From contig JAOUNK010000001.1 of the NCBI GenBank assembly GCA_029881015.1, forward strand, positions 1-60,894: a DNA stretch of 60,894 bases, given 5' to 3'. Below the pieces are notes generated by a model. It had not been told where the DNA came from. It saw nothing but the letters and a program-made list of their open reading frames with translations, and ran no database searches. Below are positions 35,472 to 45,685 of this stretch, in pieces. This DNA comes from Gammaproteobacteria bacterium. GTDB lineage: Bacteria > Pseudomonadota > Gammaproteobacteria > Steroidobacterales > Woeseiaceae. Each line of letters begins with the position of its first letter. The first letter of the stretch is position 1. Made by a program: the position numbers and the translations under genes.

Positions 35472-38330
35472 CTACTCGATGGCGAACATCATGCGCACGC
35501 CGGCGCGTTTCTCAACCAGGACGCCGTTCTCGATAACCGGTTCGAATTCCCATTTCTCGACAGCACGCAGTGCGGCGTTGTCAAAGACACCTTCGGGTGT
35601 CGACTCCTTTATCTCGAGATCCTTGACGGATCCGTCCATCGTCACGGTAAAGACGACGTCCACCCAGCCCGACTGGTTGCGGCGCTGTGCGGTGCGCGGG
35701 AACTTCGGCGCGACGTAGCGAGTCCGCGTCAGGGAGCTGATCGAGACAGGTGCCATGTCGCCAGCCGTTGCGGGTGATACTTGCGCCTTGGCGGTGGCCG
35801 GCGGTTCTACGACCGGCTTGGCGGCCGTACCGGCCGCTTCTTTGGTGGTGACAGACGCGTCTGCACTGGCAGGCACAGCATCGACCGTGTCGGCAACCGG
35901 CTCGTCGACGGTCTGCGCGGCGGCCTCGGCGGCGGCCTGCTCGGCAAGGCGGCGCTCGGCGGCTTCCTTTTCGATAGCGGCCTGGCGATTGGCTTCTTCG
36001 ATACGGCGCTGTTCCTGTGCGGCGCGTTGTTCACGCCGGACAATGGCTTCGCGTGCACCTGCCAGGGCGGTCGCCGCAGCCGTCAGCTCGGGATTGGATG
36101 CATCGATCTCACTTGCGTCGTCAAGCAGCGCCTCGGCCGCGTCGAGGTTTCCGGCATCGATTTCCGAGCGAGCCTGCAGAACCAGCTTGCTCGCCACTAC
36201 GTTGAGACCCTGGCGGGCTGCCGTATTCTGCGGATCGCCCGCCAGCATCAATTCATAGTAATAGCGTGCGTTGTCATTGGCCGGGCTCAACAGCATGCCT
36301 TCTGCCAGGCGCGCATTGGCCTTCAGGAGAACGTCGTCTTCCAGCTGCGCGCTGCGCGCCTGGTTCAGTTCGGCGCGGACCACGTCAATCTCGGGGTCGC
36401 CGATGTTCAGCGCGATTGCCGCAGCCACGGAGTTGCCGGCATCCTCGAAACGCCGGTCCCTGATTGCGGCACGGGCATTCGTCAGGTGATTGCGTAACTG
36501 CATCTGCCAAAGCTGAGCCGTCAGGAATGGCAGGCGGGCGTTCCGAGCGTCGACCAGGGCAACGCGCTGCAACGCGGCCTCGGCTTCGTCCACTCGTCCC
36601 TCCAGCAAGGCGGTTTCCGCCATGCCAAGCGCCTGCTGAATCACGGCGTCCAGTTCCGCCGCATGAATCGCGTTCGACCGATCTGCGGCCACCGCGGCCG
36701 CATAGAGTTCTATAGCGTTCGATCCCACCGGGTTATAGATCTGTCCGGCTTCGCGTGCGAGACGTGCCTCGTCGACAAGCGCATCGACATCGACGCTCGC
36801 TTGCGTCTCCGTACCGGCATCGCCTTCTGCATCGGGCGCAGCCGGAGAAGATGCGATCGGGGCGGGCTCGGCAACAGGCGTTGCCATGTCATCGCTGCCC
36901 AGGAACCAGTAGCTGGCGCCGGCGACGGTAAGCGCGACAATCGCCACCAGGCCGATCACTTTCAGTTTTGAAAACAGCGACCCTCCGGAGTCACTGGTCC
37001 TTGCCGGCGTCGGCAGTTCGAGGACGGATTCCTCGGGCCGTGTCGGCGATGGCTCGGCATCGCCTTTGAATTTACTGGTAACCGTGCTGATGAGCCCGGT
37101 CATTGTCGCGGTGAAGCCGGACTCGTCGTCGCCAAAAGCGCTGGACAAGCCTTCGTCGATGGGCGAATCCATCGTCAGCTCACCAAGCGGTGGATCGACC
37201 GGCCTGCGCCTGGCTGCGGCTTGCCGCGCCGGCTGCTGCGCGGGTCGCGGTGCAGGGGCCGGCGTCGCGGTTCTCGCTGCGCCCGGCTTCGGCGCTGCGG
37301 GCCTCGGGGCCGGTTGCGCCTGTGGCTTCGGCGCCGGTTTCGCGGCAGCCCTTGGAGCCGGAGCGGGCCTGGCCGCTGCGGCACCGCTTAACTTGAAGGC
37401 CGCATCCGGCGCTTCCAGGTGGTGTTTTACCGACGCCTCGACCGCGAGGCGGGCACGCCCGGGCGAGACCGGCTTCAACAGGAAGCGGTAGACTTTGCCG
37501 CGATTGATCAGGTCCATGAGCATTTCGCCGTCGTCGCGGCGGCCTGCAACGATCGAGACCAGGCGTGGAGAACCCTTGCGCAGGTGCAAGGTCAGCTGCT
37601 CTACTTTCTGGCCAACCATCGCGGCATCGACGACCGCCACGCCAACCTTGTGTTCGCGGATCAGCGCTTCAGCCTGGGCCAGCGTATTTGCATAGTGCAC
37701 CGAGTGCATGCCGCGCGAAGACTCTTTGATCGTCGTCAGGAATTCCTGGTCTTTCGTGAGTACGAGAACGTCGACCGACCGCGATCCGACAGACGCAGCC
37801 GCCGAGACTTTCGTCGGGTTCAGGGCAGGCATCTGGCCGGTTCCGTCGCTGATTATCGTAGAGCCGTTTTCGGACGTCTCCATAATAATGTGTTCTGCGG
37901 GTTCGTCAGGTATGGCCGCCGTATCGTTGGCCGATTCGGCAAGGGCCATCAGGCGCATTTGCCGGGTGGCGTTGTCGACGAGTTTCAGCAATGAATCGCC
38001 GGTGACGCTGCCACGGACAACCTGGAAGACTTCTTCGTCACTGACAAGTGCTTCGACATCCTGGCTGCTGTTGCCGGCCAGCAGGATGCCCACCATGTCG
38101 GGTGAACGTTTCTTCGCCTCTCGCAAGGCTTCGATGCCGCTCATGCCCGGCAGGTTCTGAGCGGTGATAATGACATTGATCGGGGTTTCGCCGAGGGTAT
38201 TCAAAGCTTCGGTGCCGCTGGTTGCACAATGCACCGTGTAGCGATCGCCAAACCCGGAACTCAACGAGTCGAGCGTGCTTTGCTCGCTGTGCAGCAACAA
38301 CACCTGTGTCTTGAATTGGTTGAACGCCAC
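35472..38330 (-). CDS. Multidomain membrane protein: two receiver-like domains, Pro/Ala-rich tract, TM helix, helical-repeat region, coiled coil, TonB C-terminal domain
   Basis: GTG start with GGAGGA Shine-Dalgarno. Receiver-like folds at about aa 8-124 and 186-305. TM helix LKVIGLVAIVALTVAGASYWFLG. C-terminus YVAPKFPRTAQRRNQSGWVDVVFTVTMDGSVKDLEIKES...AALRAVEKWEFEP is TonB_C-like. Confidence 0.8.
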   Translation of the reverse strand: MAFNQFKTQVLLLHSEQSTLDSLSSGFGDRYTVHCATSGTEALNTLGETPINVIITAQNLPGMSGIEALREAKKRSPDMVGILLAGNSSQDVEALVSDEEVFQVVRGSVTGDSLLKLVDNATRQMRLMALAESANDTAAIPDEPAEHIIMETSENGSTIISDGTGQMPALNPTKVSAAASVGSRSVDVLVLTKDQEFLTTIKESSRGMHSVHYANTLAQAEALIREHKVGVAVVDAAMVGQKVEQLTLHLRKGSPRLVSIVAGRRDDGEMLMDLINRGKVYRFLLKPVSPGRARLAVEASVKHHLEAPDAAFKLSGAAAARPAPAPRAAAKPAPKPQAQPAPRPAAPKPGAARTATPAPAPRPAQQPARQAAARRRPVDPPLGELTMDSPIDEGLSSAFGDDESGFTATMTGLISTVTSKFKGDAEPSPTRPEESVLELPTPARTSDSGGSLFSKLKVIGLVAIVALTVAGASYWFLGSDDMATPVAEPAPIASSPAAPDAEGDAGTETQASVDVDALVDEARLAREAGQIYNPVGSNAIELYAAAVAADRSNAIHAAELDAVIQQALGMAETALLEGRVDEAEAALQRVALVDARNARLPFLTAQLWQMQLRNHLTNARAAIRDRRFEDAGNSVAAAIALNIGDPEIDVVRAELNQARSAQLEDDVLLKANARLAEGMLLSPANDNARYYYELMLAGDPQNTAARQGLNVVASKLVLQARSEIDAGNLDAAEALLDDASEIDASNPELTAAATALAGAREAIVRREQRAAQEQRRIEEANRQAAIEKEAAERRLAEQAAAEAAAQTVDEPVADTVDAVPASADASVTTKEAAGTAAKPVVEPPATAKAQVSPATAGDMAPVSISSLTRTRYVAPKFPRTAQRRNQSGWVDVVFTVTMDGSVKDLEIKESTPEGVFDNAALRAVEKWEFEPVIENGVLVEKRAGVRMMFAIE

Positions 38331-38532
38331 CGTGTTTCCTCCAATGCCTTATGTTTAATCGCACGCGCAGTCCTTGCGTCTTAGAAGTATATCCACACGT
38401 ACCGGGCCAAGCGTCGGTCCACAGCGACAGAATACTGAATCTGTGACATGGCGCACAGTGAAAGTGCAGGTCGCGTCACGTTTGCGGCCCGGGGCGGGCC
38501 ACGAAACGCGACTAAGGGCACCGAGACTGGGC

Positions 38533-40446
38533 TCAGGACCGGTTTTCGACCTCGGTAAGGAGGGCCTCGATGGCGTCGGCGAGCGGCAGGACCTGCTGCT
38601 GTTTCGAGCCAAGGCGGCGAACCGCAACCGTACGGTTTTCGAGCTCTCGCTGGCCCACGGCGAACAATGCCGGGACCTTTGCAACGCTGTGTTCGCGCAC
38701 CTTGTAGGAAATTTTCTCGTTACGCAGGTCGCTATCGGCGCGCAGGCCGGCCGCCCGCAATCTGGCGACGACGTCCAGCGCGTAGTCATTCGCGTCTGAC
38801 GTAATGGTCAGGACTTTCACCTGTTGCGGTGCGAGCCACAGCGGCAGGTTGCCGGCGTGGTGCTCGATCAGTATGCCCATGAAGCGCTCGAGCGAGCCGA
38901 GCATCGCACGGTGCAACATGACGGGAACGTGCTTGTTGCCGTCCTCGCCGATATAGCTGGCACCGAGACGCTCGGGCATATTGAGATCGACCTGGAGGGT
39001 GCCGCACTGCCAGTCACGCCCAATTGCGTCACGTAAAACGAACTCGAGCTTCGGCCCGTAGAACGCGCCTTCCCCGGGATTGTGCGTGTAGTCCAGTCCG
39101 CTCGCTTCGAGTGCTTTCAGGAGCGCTGCTTCAGCCTGGTCCCAAACGGCGTCTTCGCCGACACGCACTTCGGGCCGGTCCGCGAACTTGATGCGCACTT
39201 CATCGAACCCGAAGTCTCTGTAAATACTCAAGATCAGTTTACAGACTGCAATAGACTCATCGGTGATCTGCTCGGGTGTGCAGAAAATATGCGCGTCGTC
39301 CTGGGTGAACGCGCGCACACGCATCATGCCGTGCAGTGCGCCTGAAGGTTCGTAGCGATGACACTTGCCGAACTCGCCCAGCCGCATCGGCAAATCGCGA
39401 TAGCTCTTGATGCCCTGGTTGAATACCTGGATGTGCCCGGGACAGTTCATCGGCTTGATAGCGAAGGTCCGCCCGTCCACGGTCTCCGACGTAAACATGT
39501 TGTCGCCGAACGATTCCCAGTGCCCCGAGCGCTCCCACAGTGAGCGGGCCACCATCTCGGGCGTGTTGACCTCCAGGTAGCCGGCCTCTGCATTCTTCTG
39601 CCGCACATACGAGATCAGCGACTGGAATACGGACCAGCCGTTCGGATGCCAGAAGATGGCACCCGGCGCTTCCTCCTGGAAATGGAAAAGGTCCATGACG
39701 CGGCCGAGGCGACGATGGTCACGCTTCTCGGCTTCCTCGAGCATGAGCAGGTACTTGCGCAGCGCCTTGTCGTTCGACCAGGCCGTGCCATAGATGCGCT
39801 GCAACATCTCGTTGTTCGAATCGCCCCGCCAGTAGGCGCCGGATACGTGCGTCAGCTTGAACGCCTTGCCGAGCTTGCCGGTCGATGGCAGGTGCGGGCC
39901 GCGGCAGAGGTCGATGAATTCACCCTGGCGATACAGGGTCAGGTCTTCATCTGACGGAATGCTCTCGATGATTTCCGCCTTGTACTCTTCGCCGATACCA
40001 CGGAAGAACGCGGCCGCTTTGTCTCGTTCCCAGACCTCACGCTCGATGGACTCGTCGCGGTCCACGATCTCTTGCATACGAGCTTCGATCGTCTCGAGGT
40101 CGGCCTCGGTGAAGGGCTCGGCGCGCGAGAAGTCGTAGTAGAAACCGTTTTCGATCGCCGGGCCGATCGTTACCTGGGTATCGGGCCACAGTTCCTTGAC
40201 GGCTTCGGCAAGGACATGGGCGGCGTCGTGCCGCAATAGCTCGACGCCGTCGTCGGATTCGCGGGTGATGATCTCGACGGCAGCATCGGCATCGATGTCG
40301 CGATTGAGGTCCCGGAGTTCTCCATCGACACGAACTGCGACGGCGGCACGCGCGAGTCCTTCGCCGATACGGGCGGCAATTTCACTGCCGCGAGTGGCAG
40401 CGTCAAACTCCTGCACGGAGCCGTCAGGTAGGGTGATCTTCAGCAT
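38533..40446 (-). CDS. thrS: Threonine--tRNA ligase
   Basis: 637 aa. TGS domain [10 protein letters not shown]. Class-II motifs ([35 protein letters not shown]). Anticodon-binding C-terminus. Confidence 0.97.
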   Translation of the reverse strand: MLKITLPDGSVQEFDAATRGSEIAARIGEGLARAAVAVRVDGELRDLNRDIDADAAVEIITRESDDGVELLRHDAAHVLAEAVKELWPDTQVTIGPAIENGFYYDFSRAEPFTEADLETIEARMQEIVDRDESIEREVWERDKAAAFFRGIGEEYKAEIIESIPSDEDLTLYRQGEFIDLCRGPHLPSTGKLGKAFKLTHVSGAYWRGDSNNEMLQRIYGTAWSNDKALRKYLLMLEEAEKRDHRRLGRVMDLFHFQEEAPGAIFWHPNGWSVFQSLISYVRQKNAEAGYLEVNTPEMVARSLWERSGHWESFGDNMFTSETVDGRTFAIKPMNCPGHIQVFNQGIKSYRDLPMRLGEFGKCHRYEPSGALHGMMRVRAFTQDDAHIFCTPEQITDESIAVCKLILSIYRDFGFDEVRIKFADRPEVRVGEDAVWDQAEAALLKALEASGLDYTHNPGEGAFYGPKLEFVLRDAIGRDWQCGTLQVDLNMPERLGASYIGEDGNKHVPVMLHRAMLGSLERFMGILIEHHAGNLPLWLAPQQVKVLTITSDANDYALDVVARLRAAGLRADSDLRNEKISYKVREHSVAKVPALFAVGQRELENRTVAVRRLGSKQQQVLPLADAIEALLTEVENRS

Positions 40447-40453
40447 GCGCGGA

Positions 40454-40497
40454 ATTGTACTCGAATTGCCCCGCGGATAAACAAGTTCGAGTACAAT
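40454..40497. promoter_or_regulatory. 12-bp perfect inverted repeat filling the thrS-glnS divergent intergenic region
   Basis: ATTGTACTCGAA (40454-40465) / 20 nt / TTCGAGTACAAT (40486-40497). The arms end 7 nt from the thrS ATG and 8 nt from the glnS ATG. Confidence 0.4.
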
Positions 40498-40505
40498 CCG
40501 GGCCC

Positions 40506-42172
<1,667 letters not shown>

Positions 42173-42185
<13 letters not shown>

Positions 42186-42985
42186 CCGTCTCGAATGATG
42201 AGCGGCGCGCCGCGCGCCGAGCCGAGGCCATCGGCCGCGCTGCCTTCCGCGCGGGCGATTTCCACGACACCGAATGAATTGATGAGGGCGAGGTAATCAC
42301 CCGGTTGCGCGCGCCCATAGGTCGTGCGCATTGGGATCTGGTGCCCGGCGATGTCGGCCACGGGTTCGGTGAACGCGTCCAGCAGCTTGCCGTCGATATT
42401 GCTGATCAGGTTCCCGAAAGTGTCGATCGTGATAACCACACCTGTGATCCTGCTCGCAGTTACCACGGGTTCGTCGATCCAGCCGGGTGTCCAGTCACCT
42501 GTGCGTGTCGCGATGTCCTGGATGCGAAGGCGGCCGGCAGCAAGTTCAGCTGCGACCGGGGCAAAGATGTCACGCCCTTGGAACGTGGCACTCGGTGCCG
42601 GCAAGTTCAGCGTGTCCAGCCGGTTCATGTCCAGCTTGAATACCTGCGGGTCGACACAGCTGTCGAGCAGCTGCGCCAGCAGGCCGTTGTCAGGCGCCAT
42701 GAACAGGTGGCCCGCGCACTCCGCGATGAGGATGTCACGCTCGGTGCCGACGCCGGGATCGACGATGGCAAGGTGCACGGACCCTGCGGGAAACCACGGG
42801 TAGGAGCGGCTCACCCAGAATCCGGCTTCAGGCGGCCACTGCGCGGGTATGTCGTGGGCGAGGTCGATGATTCTGGCGTCCGGGTATCGACTCAGGATGA
42901 CGCCTTTCATGACCGCGGCGAACGGGCCCTTGTGACCGAAGTCGGTGGTTATCGTGATGACGCGGGACGGCTGCATGCCGGACAT
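42173..42985 (-). CDS. DUF62 family SAM hydroxide adenosyltransferase / SAM hydrolase-like protein
   Basis: [46 protein letters not shown]. This is the typical DUF62 (chlorinase/fluorinase superfamily) pattern. Confidence 0.85.
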
Positions 42986-42989
42986 CTTA

Positions 42990-43736
42990 TCAGGTCGCTT
43001 CGTGGACTGCGTGCCGCCGGAAATTGCGGCGCGCCCAGTAGATAAACACGGTGTCGATCGCCGCTATGGCGGCCTTGAAGGCGTATTTCGCCGCCCCGAG
43101 AGCGAGGGCGGTCCTGAGGTCGACGATGCCCCACCAGGCAACCAGCGAGTAGATGCTTGTATCCACAACCTGCGACGCCAGCGTAGAGCCGTTGTTGCGC
43201 AGCCAGAGCCAGCGTTCGCCGGTGATGGACTTGATCTTGTGAAACGCCCACACATCGAAGTGCTGGCTGATGTAGTAGGCAAGCAGCGAGCCGAAGATAA
43301 AGCGCGGCGTAAAGTCGACGATGGTTGCAAACGCACTGTGTATGGACGTCGAAAGCTCGGCTGTTCCTGGCTGCGTGCTCGGCAGGTAGAGCAGCGCAAG
43401 ACTGAGCATGATCAGCACGATGACGCTGACGGCGAAACCCATGCGCACCGCCTTGTTCGCCGCTTCTTTGCCGTAGTTCTCGCTCAATACATCGGTTGCG
43501 AAGAAAATGCTCGAGTAGAAGATGACGCCGAGGCTCGTCTGCATACCGAAGATGATGGTGAGCTTCGGACCCTGCAGGTTGGCGAGAATAATGGCGACGG
43601 CGATAGCGATCTGCAGTCCGGCCTTGCCAAAGAACCTGTATAGAACCAGCGTGCAACCTAGATCGACGAACAGGGTCGTCAGCCAGAGAGCCTCCTGGTT
43701 GGCAGCGAAAAACTCGACGATGAACTGCGGGAACAT
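42990..43736 (-). CDS. yhhQ: YhhQ/VUT-family (queuosine-precursor type) transporter
   Basis: 248 aa, polytopic. SSIFFATDVLSENYGKEAANKAV, WLWLRNNGSTLASQVVDT. Confidence 0.82.
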   Translation of the reverse strand: MFPQFIVEFFAANQEALWLTTLFVDLGCTLVLYRFFGKAGLQIAIAVAIILANLQGPKLTIIFGMQTSLGVIFYSSIFFATDVLSENYGKEAANKAVRMGFAVSVIVLIMLSLALLYLPSTQPGTAELSTSIHSAFATIVDFTPRFIFGSLLAYYISQHFDVWAFHKIKSITGERWLWLRNNGSTLASQVVDTSIYSLVAWWGIVDLRTALALGAAKYAFKAAIAAIDTVFIYWARRNFRRHAVHEAT

Positions 43737-43745
43737 ACGCCGAGT

Positions 43746-44402
43746 CTATGTCTGCGGCGCCATGTCTGCCAGTTTGTCGAGATGCCAGTCCGCGTTGCCG
43801 AACAGCGTACAGATGGTCGTGAGGCGCTTGAAGAAGTGCGCTACGTCGAGATCCCAGGTAACCCCCATGCCGCCATGGATCTGGATCGCGTCTTCTCCCA
43901 GCTTCTTGCCCTCGGTCCCGATCAGGTACTTGATCGCGCTGACAGCGCGCTTGCTGTTGTCGCCGTCGGCCGCGCGCGTCATCGCAGACCACATCAGCAG
44001 TGACTGCGCCTGCTCGCAGGCCATCAACATGTCGACCATGCGGTGCTGCAATTCCTGGAAACTCCCGATCGGAACGCCAAACTGCTTGCGGTTCTTCGAG
44101 TACTCCACCGTCTTGTCTTTGAGAACCTGCACGATGCCAACGGCATGCGCGTTCAGAGCGAACAGCGTGATGCCGTTTTCGTCGCCGGACTTGCCCGACG
44201 TGCGTGCCGGTACGATCACGAGGTCGGCACTGCCGCCGTTCGGGACCAGGCCCTTGTTGCCGTTCAGGACCCAGGCGTCACCATCCCGGTCAGCCGTGGT
44301 TGCAACGCTGGTCAGCGCATAGCGTGCCTGCGGTTCATTGTTGATGAACTTGCCGACGCTGTCCGCCAGCATCGTCTGTATTTCCGTGTACGCAAAATCC
44401 AT
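43746..44402 (-). CDS. Acyl-CoA dehydrogenase-family ORF, abnormally short (218 aa); probable internally deleted remnant
   Basis: An ACAD-like N-terminus (MDFAYTEIQTMLADSVGKF), a short beta-domain piece (DGDAWVLNGNKGLVPNGG) and a C-terminal helical domain (RKQFGVPIGSFQELQHRMVDM...IQIHGGMG). About 150+ residues expected in between are absent. Confidence 0.6.
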   Translation of the reverse strand: MDFAYTEIQTMLADSVGKFINNEPQARYALTSVATTADRDGDAWVLNGNKGLVPNGGSADLVIVPARTSGKSGDENGITLFALNAHAVGIVQVLKDKTVEYSKNRKQFGVPIGSFQELQHRMVDMLMACEQAQSLLMWSAMTRAADGDNSKRAVSAIKYLIGTEGKKLGEDAIQIHGGMGVTWDLDVAHFFKRLTTICTLFGNADWHLDKLADMAPQT

Positions 44403-44410
44403 GGTGCTAC

Positions 44411-45586
44411 CTACAGGCCGAGTACATGCTTGGCGATGATGTTTTTCTGAATCTCGTTTGAGCCGGCAAAAATGGTCACCTTCCGGTGATTGAAATAGGC
44501 GAGGGCGCTCTGGGTCTCGGCGCCTTCGCCGACCTCCGGGCCCGCGTTATACGGCAGTGCATAGTAGCCCGCGGCCTCCATCGTAAGTGCGTCGATTGCC
44601 TGCAGTATTTCGGTGCCCTTGATCTTGAGGAACTACGACTCTGGGCCAGGCGCCTTGCCGGACGCAACCGCTGCCAGCGTGCGCAGCTCAATGTATTCGA
44701 GCGACTTGAGGTCGACCTCGATGGCGGCGAGTTTGCGCATGAAGTTTCTGTCATCGGCAAGCGGTGGGGCGCCGCGAACGGACCGGGTGGCCTGTTCGCG
44801 CAGCTTATGCAACGCGTACTCGGAGCGAAACGTGTTCGCCGAATTGGTACGCTCGTGTTGCAGCAGCACCTTTCCATACGTCCAGCCCCTGCCTTCCTCG
44901 CCGACCAGGTTCTCGACCGGCACCTCGACGTTCTCAAAGTGAATCTCGTTCACTTCGTGGGTGCCATCGAGCAAGATGATCGGCGTGACCGTAATGCCAG
45001 GTGTCTTCATGTCGATCAGCAGGAAGCTAATGCCCTCCTGCCGTCGTGCGACATCGGTGCTCGTCCTGACCAGGCAAAAGATCCAGTCGGCATGTTGTCC
45101 CAGCGTGGTCCATGTCTTGGTACCGTTCACGACGTAATGATCGCCGGCGAAGTCGGCCCGCGTTTTCAGGGACGCGAGGTCAGAACCCGCGCCCGGCTCC
45201 GAGTATCCCTGCGCCCACCAGACATTGCTGGCGAGAATGTCGGGCAAAAAGCGCGCTTTCTGCTCGTCGCTGCCATAGGTATAGATGACCGGGCCCACCA
45301 TGCGCAGGCCGAACGGAATGACGAGCGGTGCGTTGGCAAGGCCTTCCTCGCGAGCGAATATGTACTTCTGCACCGGGCTCCAGCCCGTGCCGCCGTACTC
45401 AACCGGCCAGTTCACGCCGGCCCAGCCTTTGCGATAGAGAATCTTCTGCCACCGAATCTGCATCGCCGGCTCGAGTTCAGCGCCGGCGTCCATGGCTTCC
45501 CTGATGTCGTCAGGCAGTTCGTCGCGGAAAAACGCCCGGACTTCTTCCCGAAATTCGAGCTCCGATTCGCTAAAGGTCACATGCAT
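44411..45586 (-). pseudogene. Acyl-CoA dehydrogenase interrupted by one in-frame TAG (rc of 44633-44635)
   Basis: The 330-aa ORF ends ...GKAPGPES. The same frame continues after the TAG as FLKIKGTEILQAIDAL...TIFAGSNEIQKNIIAKHVLGL, reaching a TAG at 44411-44413. That continuation is the normal ACAD C-terminus. Confidence 0.75.
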
Positions 45587-45685
45587 GCGGTCAAACCCCC
45601 CGATCCAGGCGCAACAGCCTACCAAAGACCACCGGGGCCGTCTGTTGCGGTTTGTATCGGCCCTGGATTACGGCAGAATGCGTTC

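Noticed and set aside
44633-44635. The in-frame TAG as programmed recoding (pyrrolysine or suppression).
   Set aside because: No pyl genes or recoding signals are in the window. A simple nonsense mutation or a base-call error is far more likely.
44486-45685. The first 400 codons of the 753-aa plus-strand ORF that ends as moaA.
   Set aside because: This stretch is antisense to the acyl-CoA dehydrogenase genes and has a low-complexity Arg/Ala/Gly composition. MoaA homology begins at the ATG at 45686.
45587-45685. Moco riboswitch upstream of moaA.
   Set aside because: The spacer is only 99 nt and lacks the conserved sequence blocks I associate with the Moco motif. It is reported only as an unexplained structure.
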